A DNA stretch of 63,986 nt, the filler included, from Porpidia crustulata (lineage: Eukaryota): NCBI GenBank assembly GCA_964255105.1. It is 4 parts of 4 records of this genome, joined end to end, with 100 filler letters (N's around TTAATTAATTAA, not from the genome) between each part and the next. Parts side by side here need not be neighbours in the genome. Positions count along the whole stretch, not along the records: positions 33,578 to 50,247 come from CAXUWE010000249.1; 3 more parts are not named here. One strand, 5' to 3'. Each line of letters opens with the position of its first letter. Position 1 is the first letter of the stretch. Both the position numbers and the translations under genes were made by a program. The notes beneath the pieces are model-generated. The model was not told the origin of the DNA, did not search any database, and saw only the letters and a program-made list of their open reading frames with translations. Below, piece after piece: positions 35,981-48,073 of the stretch.

Positions 35981-36982
35981 ATGACTTGGAAACATGTCTC
36001 CAGGGCTACCTTGAAGCTAGAATTATGTGCATCTCCCTATCATATTCTACCAGTCAATCGAGGAACATTCGTGCCACATCGCCAATTCCATGTCTCTTCT
36101 CCACGACCCTTCTTTGATACATGCTTCACCGGAACCCATACTCTAATCACAGGAATCCACAGCACAACAGGCTTGCCATGGGCAGCCTCATTGCCCTTAA
36201 CGGCATTGCTCCTTCGAGTCGTTATCATTGGGCCTCTAACGACCTACAGCCACACCATCATGCTACGAAGGGCTGCACTGATTCCCCTTATGCAAGCGTG
36301 GCGGCATGTGTTCCGTCGAAGAGTCATGAGAGATCATGCTGCCTTGGGACCCGTGGAATGCCACAAGATGGTCACTCAAATGTCCGAGAAAAAAGTGAAA
36401 GAGATTGTTCAAGCTCAAAGCATTCAATTTTGGAAGTTGCTGCTGAATTGGCTTCAATTGCCAATATTTCTGGTCGTGATTGAAACTATCCGGAAAATGT
36501 CTGGAGTTGGGGAAGGTTTACTGGGTCTACTCATCAAACGATTCAAAGGTGGCGAAGACGGAGGACAAGACGGGATCGTCGGAGACGGAACGGATAGTGT
36601 GCTCTTTTCCACAGAACTTACTTTTGCAGAAGAAGGGGCTCTTTGGTTCCCGGACTTGCTCGTCCCAGATCCTCAACTGATCCTCCCCTTCATGCTCTCC
36701 GGCATCCTCTTCAGCAATCTGCTGTTCCACGAAAGAGTCGCCCGCAAGGCCTTGTCGACTACCTCGAAAAGCCAACGGCGACTCCGCGGCGCCCTCAAAA
36801 TCGTAGCTCTTGCAATTGGACCCCTTACTTTGCAGGTGCCAAGCGCAATGCTGGTGTACTGGATCTCAAGCTCGCTTTTTGCCTTCGGTCAGGCCGTGGT
36901 CCAGCAATGGTATATGCCGACCCCTAAAGCCATCACGCCGTGCAAACCTCGCGGTCTCGAAGGTTCAAGTCTGAAGCGCTGA
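35981..36982 (+). CDS. COX18: Mitochondrial YidC/Oxa1-family insertase Cox18/Oxa2
   Basis: Presequence-like N-terminus (RQFH), IHSTTGLPWAASLPLTALLLR, QLPIFL, EGALWFPDL..PDP.LILP, P.AMLVYWISSS. Confidence 0.85.
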   Translation: MTWKHVSRATLKLELCASPYHILPVNRGTFVPHRQFHVSSPRPFFDTCFTGTHTLITGIHSTTGLPWAASLPLTALLLRVVIIGPLTTYSHTIMLRRAALIPLMQAWRHVFRRRVMRDHAALGPVECHKMVTQMSEKKVKEIVQAQSIQFWKLLLNWLQLPIFLVVIETIRKMSGVGEGLLGLLIKRFKGGEDGGQDGIVGDGTDSVLFSTELTFAEEGALWFPDLLVPDPQLILPFMLSGILFSNLLFHERVARKALSTTSKSQRRLRGALKIVALAIGPLTLQVPSAMLVYWISSSLFAFGQAVVQQWYMPTPKAITPCKPRGLEGSSLKR

Positions 36983-37734
36983 AGACGTGTAATAAACTCA
37001 AGATCCTTCAAATCTGCGTCTCGGAGTCCATGGGATGAGTATCGAGAAGCTTTAGCAAAGCTCCGAAATCCTCAATAATCTCTCAGCAAGGGCTTGCCCA
37101 ATCTGGATCATACACCCACGAATCCTCTGGCCCCATAAGATCTTGCTCGGCCATCCGTTAATGGAAGTATTGTTGGCAGAACCGATTGCTCCAACGCAAG
37201 CATGATCCAAACATGCCTCCTACTCTTAAAGGCCTGTCCAGGACATCGTTGTGACCAAAGGGCAAAGATGTAGTGGTATTTTTGAGGCACGACCCCCGAC
37301 TGTCCAGATTCCAGGATACTGTCAAATGGACAGGACCACTGGGTGGTCCGGAAGTTTTGCAGAAGCCGAGACGGAGGGCGTAGATGGTGCACTCGCGAGG
37401 TGAAGGATGACGGGACTAAAGGGGTGTAGGGACAGATGTATAGGTATTCACTGCGATATCATGAACTACGATCACTCGTCACTTTCTGTGTGCTCGAGAG
37501 TTTAGTTACAGTATATTCATGAATGGTTTAATATGCCATAAACAACATTGAAACCGTTAATTTCGCCGAGGGTCTGAAAACTCCCCCTCTCTTCATAATC
37601 TAGATAATCTACAGCGTCAACGGGGTATATGCCTTACTTCCCCGATCAGGGACTCTCCAAACCGAAATAAAACTCCATGTCAATTTCCATGAACCTAAAC
37701 GCTTGCATCTAATCGCAAAACCTGCGGGACCCAC

Positions 37735-39666
37735 TCATAATTTCGCCTTTGTCTGTGCGCTAGCTTCAGCGTTGAGAACGACATCACCTTTGCCCTCCGC
37801 TTCCCCGAAAAAGATGACTTCGACTGTGAGATCGTCTCTGTCCGCGTCACACGAATTAGTCCCCTAGCTGCGACCCCCAGAATTGCTTGGCGCCAGAATG
37901 GAGCAAACGTACCTATACCGCCTGGAGTAGGGACTCGGTAGTGTCAACAACGCACACACCATATCCCGGTCCCGCCCCCCCAACGCGTTTCGCACAAGGT
38001 GCGTTGCGACGTTTTTGTCCTCGACCACGAATCTCTCATCACTACCCTTGATCGCCCATTGCTCCTGCCTGAGCGGTTGTCTCTGCCCTTCCACTCCCTC
38101 GCCGGGCTTAAGCGAAGGTTTCTCTACCGGAAGAGGGTGTTGGGAGTTGCTCCCGAACCAGGATTTCGTCCACGAGGTACCGCTCGATGACAAGGATTTC
38201 TCGTGAGGAAGGGGATGTGATTCGAGCCATTGACCGACAAGCCCAACGACTTCTTCGTTCGTGAGCATTTCCCATAAGCCGTCGGTGGCAAGGACGACGA
38301 AATCGCCTTGCTCGGGATGCATTTTTGTGGTGGTAACGACCGGCTCGGCGGTGACATAGGGCGGCGATTTGAGCATGGAGGACGGATTACGGCCGAAAAA
38401 ACTCTTCTTCATACGCAACTGCACTTCCTGACTCCATTTGTAGGAGGAGTCGCCAAAGGCACGGCTGGGTTCAAGGCCGCCTAATATGCGGCCGTTTCGC
38501 ACTACGTTTGGCTCGCCAGGATGTTCGGCCCGCAAGCGAGCCATCTCAGAGGGTGTGCCACCAGTCTGGTCTTCGGAGAGGGGGGTGGCGACCCATTTTC
38601 CTGAAGGACCTTTGCGACCAAGCACTGCCCTGGAGTCGCCTGTGCAAGCTACTCGGAACAGTTTTGATTTGCTATCGTAAAAAGAGAGGAGGGCGCAGGC
38701 CCCTGAGAGGGCTGGTGCAAGGATTTCGGCGGCGATAGGTTTGGAGTTCATCTTCGTTACTTTTTCGACGCTTTCATGTACAATCTCGTGATCGAGTCTT
38801 AGGAATCCGCGTTTAATGGCTGTGTCAATGGCTTCGGGCGTTGGAAATGTGAGGATAGGATCGGTCAGAGCAGTTTTGTAAGTTAAATTCAGCTCGCGTG
38901 CAACGAAGGAGATTAGGACTTGGCGAAGTTTGGCAGAGGTGGTCCAGCCGGCATGACCGTCGAAGACACCCCAGAACATCCAGTCGGAGCTTGGGGAGCC
39001 ATCTTGTGCTGGCGTGACCATTTGAGGAACTTCAACGATCTTTTCAGCATGATCGTCTTCTATGGGGTTATTGCTCGCAATTTGAACTACGTCGTAACGG
39101 ACCACACCGCGGCCTCTATTGACAAAGTATGATTCTTCATTGCGGCGGAGCTTTTGAGTTGCTTGCTCTGGGGTTAACATGTCCAGCTGATTTCCACCGC
39201 TGTCATCTCTTCCTTTGGACAGCGGTCTGTCATTTGAAAGATCCCGCACGTAGAACTGGTCGTCATCAACTATTAATGCCCTTTTTGTGGGCTCAGCGGC
39301 AGGCTCTAAAGATGAAATGTTCGATGCAGGCGGAGAAGAAAGGTCCTGAACGTAGGTCGAGGGCAGTGACGCTAGCCTTTGATTCGTTCGAGGATGTAAT
39401 GCTCCAGTCTTGGAGTTCGTGCTGTTTACCAGACTGCCTGGTTCAGATATAGCTTCTTTTTGATAGAACCAAGTACTTCCCGCAAGAGCAGTAACTATAG
39501 TCGCGACAGCAAAGTTTCGAAAGTACATAGACGATGCTAACACCAGTAACGGGCCATCCCTCCTCGCGTACTTGTTTGAGTATAAAGGGAATGCCTTAGA
39601 GCTCAATAACCTTCGTACTGGGGTACGCCGCGCAGTGCGAAGAGCCTGAACAGCCGCTCGACGCAT
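37735..39666 (-). CDS. PTC5: Mitochondrial PP2C / pyruvate dehydrogenase phosphatase
   Basis: Arg-rich presequence, NNPIEDDH, WGVFDGHAGW, ACTGDSRAVLG, LEPSRAFGD, VLATDGLWE, HLVRNALGG. After intron 37838-37912 the last exon encodes DDLTVEVIFFG. Confidence 0.93.
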
Positions 39667-40014
39667 CGAGATAGGAGTGTTGCTGGATAGGTCGGCAAAG
39701 GACGACGCCTTTGGTTCGGGAGTATGTCACGTCCCTTTGGATAAGAGTAATAGTGCCGTCAGTGTGAACTTTAAGGTTGCCGTAGTCAGATCGCGTGCGT
39801 CAGATCTGTGACCGACCGATTAGGTATAGCGCTGATCATCTTTACAAACAGCCGATAGCGTCATAAATGATGCTCATTCACCCACTGACCAGTCCACTCT
39901 ATACATCTTCGTTTTTATTTCCATGGACCATTCCAGTCAACTTTAATCTCACACGTCAGCCGCCGCTGGAGAACCATTCGCATGTGGTAAATCGCACACA
40001 CGAGCTACTCTACG

Positions 40015-42592
40015 ATGTCTTCAAGGGCTCTGCGTAAATTGCAGCGAGAGCAAGAACAGCAACAGCAGCAAGAAAAGCTGCGTGAAAATAGCGTAGAAGA
40101 CGAAGAGTCAGAAGAAGACTTGATTTCCGATTCTAAGGTTCTGAATGCCTTTGACATGCTTGCCCAGGATGCCGATGCTGTAGATGACGTCTCGGAAAGT
40201 GCGGAGTCCAATGGGCAGGAAGCGCCTCCAGTAGAGACAGAGCCGGTAGAGGCCTCTCAGACCACACTGACAAAGAACAAGTTTAAAGGTAAAACGCGCA
40301 ACAAGAAAGCCAAGAACAAGAAGACTGCGAGAATTGTCCAAGATGACTCTACATTCAAGAACGGAAGTAAAACGACAACTTTGGATGAGATTGACCTGGC
40401 CCTCAGCTCGCTATCCACGAAGGATAGGGATGTCACAAATATTAGTACGAATAATCAAGATGAAGAATTACACAGATTACTAGCGGTGGAGAATAAGCAT
40501 CTGAACGCCCTCAATGAGATGAAGCGGCTGTTCGGAAAGGAAGTGCTCGAAGGGGGCGATGAGGATGCAGGAGTTCCGAGAAGACGCCATGGTAGGGGTC
40601 AACGGAATCTTGATCTCGGGGGAGCCTTGGCCGCTCAAAATAGTCGAATTTCTCGAGGTCAAGGGCTGGCAGGCCTGGCTCTTCGAAGAAATGTTTTCAT
40701 GTTAGGCAAAGAGGAATGGCCTAAAGCTACGAGTGGTGGTCTTGGCATGGAAATCACTGAGAAGCCGAATGATGGCACAACTCATTACCGATTTGTACAT
40801 AACTCAGCCTATCAAGACGTTCAGATTCAATTCGAGTCCTGTGTAGAGTCTATGGATCCTCAACGCATGATTCAATTGCTGCAATTTAATCGTACGATCT
40901 TAACCTCTGTAATAGCACCTTTTTGTGCTAATTTATAATATAGCATATCATATCTCAACCCTTCTGCAAGTATCGGAAATCGCAAAGCAACAGGGCGATC
41001 ACTCGGTGTCGGGTGATCTGCTCGAACGCGCCTTGTTTTCGTTCGGTCGCTCAGTGCATTCTTCTTTTTCTGCTGCGCTTTCCCAAGGGAAAGCAAGGCT
41101 TGACTTTCGTCGTCCCGAGAGCCGTGAATTTTGGCTCGCTGCGTGGCGATATATCCACAATCTAGGTCAGAGAGGCACTTGGCGGACAGCATATGAATGG
41201 GCAAAGCTCATATTGAGTCTCGAACCTGAGAGCGATCCATATTGTGTCCGACTGATCCTGGATCAACTAGCTCTTAGAGGTTCGCAAATGGACCATTTCC
41301 TCAAGCTTAGCAAATGTCCAATCTACAACGATGCTTGGTACAACTCCTCTCCCAACATTCGAATCTCTTGCGCTCTGGCAGAGTACAAGCTTAAGCGTCC
41401 AGAAGATTGTCGAAATTCTCTCCGTAGCGCGATCTATGATTATCCTTGGATCTTTCATCGCCTCTTCCAGGAGTTAAACATAGAATACACCCCCAAATCG
41501 ATTTGGGGGAAAAAAGCCGGATCGCAACGAGAGAAACTAGAGTGTGAGCTATACATCAACTATGCTAAGGATCTCTGGAATAGTCCGGATGTAATCTCAC
41601 TACTTGTCGAGGTCACCGAAATTGCGGAGTCCAGCCAGGGTTTACGAAATTCACGGCACATAACGATGAATGAAGCTCGCCATGTACTTTTATCTGGTAC
41701 ACCTACACTCATGGGTTTCATTCCTCGAGATTACACTACAATGTCGACTTCGTCTTCCGATCCATTGCCGCCACCTGATAGCCTGCCATCCTATAGCACT
41801 GCCCCGCCCGAACGTCTAGCACATTCTTCCCCAGAAATCCTAGACCCTCCACCCGATATTGGCCCGCGCAACTCAGAGGCTGGCTCTGCCCAAGTTCAAG
41901 ATGAGGAGCAAGAGCTGCAAGGCCTCCAAGGGTTTTTCTCACGTATAATGCCTTGGCTAGGTCAAAGCGAGACCGTCGCTCGGCCTGCTATAGAAGAAGC
42001 AACCGATGAGACCCTCAACCTGGCTGCCAACGAGTCCGGAGTTCCTCAAGAGATCATTGCTGAGCGCGGAACCCGCCTCCTTTGGCTTCTGCGTCGTGTT
42101 TTGGGGAGACAACAGCAGGAGCAGCAAGTGCTGGAAGCCCAGACGCGACAGGGGCCAAGGGCGAGCCGCACGGAAGAAGGAGATCTTATACCAGAGGCTA
42201 TGCTACGACAGCTTGGAGCGAATCCCGGTCTCAATATCGTGCCAATGTCTGATCCATCGAGCGATGACGAGGAGGAAGATGAGGATGCTGCGGCATTCGA
42301 ATCTACTCAGGAGAACGAAGCCTACAATGACGACCGGAGTCAGAGATGGTTGGCTGGACAAGGCTTAATACGTCTACGAGAAGCCGCAGCCGCGCACGGC
42401 ACCAATGAAACCCACTGGGCGGATACTCCGCGAGCATTACTGAAAGAGTATGCGGCCCGCATTGTGATGCTGGCGCAGCCACGGTCAAGGAATTATATCC
42501 TCGACTACGCGCTCCCGCAAGGCACCAGTAAGGAGGTGAAAGAGATGGTTTTGAGAGAGGTTGAGAATCAGAGGAGGCAGACGACGCCCTAA
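40015..42592 (+). CDS. RQC1: Ribosome quality control complex subunit Rqc1 / TCF25 (DUF654)
   Basis: MSSRALRKLQRE start, polybasic tract, LNALNEMKRLFG, F.HN.AYQ.VQ.QF, PYHISTLLQVSEI (spliced at 40892-40943), RGTWRTAYEWAKL.LSL.P..DP. Confidence 0.9.
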
Positions 42593-43528
42593 GGACCTCC
42601 GCCGATAACGGCATGATCTCAGTTCGAAGTGGTTGAAGATCAATGATCGAGCCATTCTCGGCTTGATGGAGCGGCTGATGTAAAATATAGACCGCATTAT
42701 CATCCTACAGAAAATATTGCATATTTTTCAATCCCGTCTTGGATGTTGTACTAACGAAGAGCACTTGAGTTGTTCGAGCTTTACAGTTTGAAAATTATCT
42801 TTGTACTTGGGATAAATAGATAGATACTGGACCAAATTACTCCTCAGTCGACATGGCTGAAGGGGTTTACATTCCTATTCCTTCTACCTTACTTCATGAT
42901 CAATCATCTACATTGGTGCCTAGGCTAGGTTTTATTGTTCTGGCATATAAAAGGAATTTTAAGGCCAAGTTCGCGCATACGTGCCCGAACATGCTTGAGT
43001 ACAACTTCGGGAAGATCCGACAAAATGGTCGCGGGTCTACTCAGTAGCTAGCCACGCTAGCGTTATCGTCTCGTTCGCCTCGTCTACGCTTCCTTAGCGG
43101 CGATAACGCTTCCGGTGCTGCAACCATGGGCAACGCAATGTTTATATTCAATACACGTAGATCTCGAACGAAATCGTCCACCTTTATGATGCACTTTAAG
43201 CCCGCGCAGTGACTTGCATCTGCAGCCGCAAGCTCCCGATCTGATCAATCTGGAACACTCGCCGGGTCTCTACAGCAATTAGTTCCCCCACTCTTATCCT
43301 TGTGGCTGGCCCCCGCGTGTTTACGAGGAGACCCGCTCGTGGCCTCTACATTTCATACCCTCTCCCCCACTTTGACATCTTGTCGACTTTCAACATTTGA
43401 TTACTTGAGTATCGCTACTTGAAGCTCTCCAATTCATTCGCGTTCTTGATCCATTGCTTTTCATTCTAATCTCCCCAATATCCTAAGTATGCCTAGATGA
43501 TTGACACTATTGGCAGCCGAGGCTGCCG

Positions 43529-46396
43529 ATGTCAAACTTCTACTCCAAGGCAATGACTATCACGCTGTTTGCCCTTCCAGCTGGCTTGCTGGCGTTTCTG
43601 GCCCTTCCCGCGATGGCTAGCCTGCCCTATAATCCAACGAAGGCTTTGTTATCAACAATAGCCAGCGACGTGGTCTATGTCTTTCAACCATCTACGGCCT
43701 CGTCGGACTCCCAATTATTAGCACTGAATATAAGTAGTACGCTCAATGCGGCAAGCCTACCATTCACCACAATATCGAAGTCTCTCCCGTTTTCTGCCGA
43801 CGATCAAAGCGAAGCATATACGCCGGCGATAGATGAGCAAGGGCGAATACTAGTGTATGCTGGGAACTGTAGCGAACCATCTGGATCTTCCCTTTGGAGT
43901 TTCACACCAGTAAATGAATCCTTGGGTCTACGTGGAACATGGATCAAGGCGGATCTGTCAATGGCTGCGATTGCCGGCAGCACCAGTCAATACGGCGCAC
44001 ATCATATGGCTTCGGCGGTCACCTTCTCGAGTTCAAATAGTACCAGTCCGGCGCTGTATATATTCGGTGGAATGTGCCCAATTACAAATCCGGTACCGAC
44101 AGATGACTGGACACGATCCGCAACTTATTCAAACCAAATGTTGACTCTAGAGTCTGCAGAGCCTTCTTCAAAACCACCCACGACATACAAATTGGGCATA
44201 TCATTTAGCAGAGATCCACCAATTGCAGAAGCTGGCTTCAGCATGACTGCCCTGGAGCCTACCTTTTCCCAATCGTCTGACGGCAGCGTGGCCCAACACA
44301 GAAGTCAAAATTTTGTACTAGTAGGGGGTCACACGCAGCAGGCTTTCATCAACATGTCCCAGGTTGCTCTGCTCTCCTTGCCTGAACAGAGCTGGAGCTT
44401 TCTGCCCGTTAATCAACCTGCTCCGGGACCGAAACCGAACCCTACAGCCAGCGAGATTGTGATAGATTCGAGATCTGGACATACCGCTGTACTTAGCCCA
44501 GATGGAACGAAAATCATAATCTTTGGCGGTTGGGTTGGGGACATACACACGTTTGCGAATCCACAATTGGCTGTGCTTCAGCTTGGTGTAGGATATGGTG
44601 GTAGCGGTGCTTGGCAGTGGAATACTTCAGTACAAACCGGGCCCGGCCCTGCGAAGGGTATTGGACTATACGGTCACAGCGCCTTGATGCTTCCTGGTGG
44701 TGTGATGATGATCGTTGGTGGTTATACCATTCCAGCCTCGACCAAATCTAGGTTGATGGAAAGAGACCCTCCCCAAAGTAGTCAAAGCTATTTCTTCAAC
44801 ACGACATCAAGCTCTTGGATCTCGACTTATAGCCATCCGAGCGTGTCTCGACACTTGATTTCGTCCAGCGCTGCATCGGGCTCGATAACCCCTTCAGGTA
44901 GGGTCGGTTTAGGAGCAGGACTTACATTTGGACTTCTAGCTGTAATAGGAGTAATCGTCGTTTATTTTTGTTATAGCCGTCGGCTCAAACGTCGAAGAGA
45001 AGCTCGTGAAGAGGATTTACGGAACTTAGCCGCTGGCGGACAGCGAGCGCTCGGCCAGAGGGGTGCAAATGAGCCACAGAGGAGTGAAATGTCTATGAAC
45101 GCTAACTGGATGGGAGACCGCAGCCAACTGTCGAGAGACGCATACCCGTGGAGTGCAAATCCAGGCGCTGAAAGGACCGGCTTGCTTTTCGAAGTCCCGA
45201 GTCCTACGCGAGGCCTTCGTAGGTCTCTTCACTCTCGAGGATCCTATCAACCCGCACCTTACTATGACGACGGGAGACAAAGCCGCGTTTCTGGCCAGAT
45301 TCATCCAATCGATGAACGTGATGAGTATGAAGATAGATCATCTTCAGCAGAAATCGAGCGTGCCCCTACGAGGAACTGCAACATTGTTGATTCCGCTCCT
45401 AATCTGGATCCTTTCCGCGACGTATCTAGGACCCCGTCTCCGGAATCGCCTGCTCGCGAGAGGGCACTTGAGGTGCAAAATTGGGTCAGCGACTGGACTG
45501 CAGCGGAAGCGCTCATGCAGCAACGGGCTGGCCGTATTTCTCCAGACAAGACCGACCGTACATCTTCTACTCTTAGCGACCAATCTACGAGATCGGCACT
45601 ATCTGCATACTCTATTCAGCGGTCAGTCGGAACTATCAGCAGAAGTATGTCGCAACGGTCTGCCGCTCTTTTCAGTACCAACCCATTTTCTACGGCTACC
45701 ACTACAACTAGCAATACAGCTGCTACATCTACCCACTTAGGCGTGCCAGCCGGTCCGACCCGGGGGCCCGATCGTCATCCCAGTCACCGCCGTTCTCAGT
45801 CGCTCACTATTCGCCCGATTCCACGACGCTCAACCACATCCGATGCTGTTATGACTGCACCAATCTCGTTTCCCCAGCTTCAGTCCGAAGGTGAGGCGCT
45901 TCTCGGAGGATACCCTGACCAAGGAGAAACATCACCCACCAAGCCCTACAGTCGAGCACGAGGTTGGATGGGCAGCGTGCGGCGTGCCTTGACCGGGGCA
46001 GATCGAAGCACCTCGACATCTCCTGAAAACCGCAGTAATAGCATCTCCTCGTCACCAACAAAGTATCAACACACTGAAGCGGGAATCCCTAGACGGGCAG
46101 CTAGTGCTGGTGCCATGCTGTGGCAAAAACGTCAAGGTGCTAAAGACTGGGATGTCGAGGGCGGACGCCACCAGACCAATTCCCGGGCACTTGGAGCGGA
46201 TGACGAAGAGTGGGATGTAGAATCTGCGGTAGAGAAGAGAGTGGTCCAAGTCATGTTCACTGTGCCACGGGAGAAGCTTCGAGTTGTCAACGCAGGACCC
46301 GATGGAGACGGGGAGAGTGTCATGAGCAAGCAGGAGAAAGAACTCCCCAAAGAGGGCGAGGCAGAAGGAAAGGGAAAGCAGAAGGAAAAAGGGTAA
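43529..46396 (+). CDS. Type I membrane protein with Kelch/beta-propeller ectodomain
   Basis: 955-aa ORF: signal peptide, Kelch-like blades (YIFGGMC, VLVGGHT, SRSGHTAV..IIFGGW, YGHSA..MIVGGY), one TM followed by RRLKRRR, a Ser/Arg-rich tail and a C-terminal VQVMFTVPREKLRVVN. Confidence 0.85.
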   Translation: MSNFYSKAMTITLFALPAGLLAFLALPAMASLPYNPTKALLSTIASDVVYVFQPSTASSDSQLLALNISSTLNAASLPFTTISKSLPFSADDQSEAYTPAIDEQGRILVYAGNCSEPSGSSLWSFTPVNESLGLRGTWIKADLSMAAIAGSTSQYGAHHMASAVTFSSSNSTSPALYIFGGMCPITNPVPTDDWTRSATYSNQMLTLESAEPSSKPPTTYKLGISFSRDPPIAEAGFSMTALEPTFSQSSDGSVAQHRSQNFVLVGGHTQQAFINMSQVALLSLPEQSWSFLPVNQPAPGPKPNPTASEIVIDSRSGHTAVLSPDGTKIIIFGGWVGDIHTFANPQLAVLQLGVGYGGSGAWQWNTSVQTGPGPAKGIGLYGHSALMLPGGVMMIVGGYTIPASTKSRLMERDPPQSSQSYFFNTTSSSWISTYSHPSVSRHLISSSAASGSITPSGRVGLGAGLTFGLLAVIGVIVVYFCYSRRLKRRREAREEDLRNLAAGGQRALGQRGANEPQRSEMSMNANWMGDRSQLSRDAYPWSANPGAERTGLLFEVPSPTRGLRRSLHSRGSYQPAPYYDDGRQSRVSGQIHPIDERDEYEDRSSSAEIERAPTRNCNIVDSAPNLDPFRDVSRTPSPESPARERALEVQNWVSDWTAAEALMQQRAGRISPDKTDRTSSTLSDQSTRSALSAYSIQRSVGTISRSMSQRSAALFSTNPFSTATTTTSNTAATSTHLGVPAGPTRGPDRHPSHRRSQSLTIRPIPRRSTTSDAVMTAPISFPQLQSEGEALLGGYPDQGETSPTKPYSRARGWMGSVRRALTGADRSTSTSPENRSNSISSSPTKYQHTEAGIPRRAASAGAMLWQKRQGAKDWDVEGGRHQTNSRALGADDEEWDVESAVEKRVVQVMFTVPREKLRVVNAGPDGDGESVMSKQEKELPKEGEAEGKGKQKEKG

Positions 46397-48073
46397 GGCG
46401 GTGGCTTGTTTGCGCAAGCGAGAAGATGGGGTTTGTGTAGTATCTTTGATGATTCTTTTTCGATGTTTATCAATTTAAGGAGGGTTTGGATATATTGTAT
46501 CTGGTTCCAACAGTACCGGTCTAGTGTTCGAGCGACGGAGGATCTAGCAATTGGGCTGCGTTCGTTTTTGAGCGATGATGTATTGGAATTTCGTTTTCTG
46601 TCTCCATTCACTCAATTGTACCAAATCCATTCGCTTATCGATCATCAACGGGGCTGTTGAGTAGAGTATTCCTCATAGGGGATCGTAGTCTGCCTGGTGG
46701 GCTGTGCAAGGCTCTTGGGATCCAGGATTAGGCTAGAGAGTGATGAAACAGTCGTTGAAGTCATCACGAACGAGGCTGAGTCTTCAGCTGGAATTGACAA
46801 TGATGATTGACAATGACTTAGCCCACTCCTACTTCATCTCAGATATCATCTGGTATGATCTTCTTCCTGAATAGGCCATTCTGAGCCATATTGTTCTTGT
46901 TCTTAGTTTCGTGGGTGTTCTTGACTAGCGACTAGCGAACAGAATGCCCCTACGTTTACAAGGTAAATGGGGTAATAAGATCTACCACTACTCTGTACTG
47001 CCCCTAAGACTGCCCTCTATCTTAGCGGATAATATAGACGCCGCGTGAGTAGTGGGAAGAGTGAGAGTGACAGATAGATACTAGACGTGTCTTGAGAAAC
47101 CTTTGCCGTACAGATCACAACCTCTAGTACTACTGCTGCACTATGCGCTATCTTTGGCCAAATCCTTCCGCTACTTGAAGAACTACAATAAAGTAGAATC
47201 TGTCGCCAAAGCTCGATTGATTGTCCATTCCATCGTTTTGAGTAACCGCCCATTTAAGCGGTTCTTCATTAACTATTCCAACAAGCTTGCGCCCTGGCGC
47301 CAGCGACAACCGATTTCTCTACGATACCCCAGCTCCCCCAACACGCCTGGAACCTTTGTACAAGTACTTGGCCCACAGTGCACTGTTCAACACTTCACCA
47401 AACGTGCGCAGCCCGAGGCTTGGATCTTACCCATCCCAGTTCCTGAAACGTTCCGACACTGACTGCGGGCAATCAGTGGCTACCAAACCTTCAGACCTGA
47501 TAACGCTCTTCACCAACGCTTTGATTGACCAAAGACCTCTACCTCAACCGCAGATGCTCGCACTGCAATCACCAGACTATCACCGATAGTGAACATATCT
47601 GCGCACAGAATTCTTGCGAGCTGGAGGCAACTCGTGACCTAAGCTGCAGGGGTCTGTTGAGTCTGGCAGATTCTCACATTCTGATCCCGCACCGGAACCT
47701 CAGAGAGTAAACGGACCGCTCCAGGTTGTACCTTCACCTTCAGATACTCGTTGAAACCTTCGCGGTGGAGCGGTACAGCTTGGCATTTCGTCCCGTCCCG
47801 GTGCTACATGCTGAAACAGACGCTGCAGTGTCGATAACCGGCTATTCAACCCTAGGCTGATCTTGTGAGGCATTGCTCGACTAGTCTTACGGGTCTGCCC
47901 AGCTACTTGAACACTGCCCTCGTGCCCAACTTGATCGCACTGGACCGCAAGGCAACAATCCCATTGTCCAATCACCGTATCATAACTTGCGGTTTGTTTC
48001 AACGACCACCTATCGAAACATAAGGCCCCGGCTGCTGCCTCCAGAGACTAAGAAAAGAATCTATATCATCACC

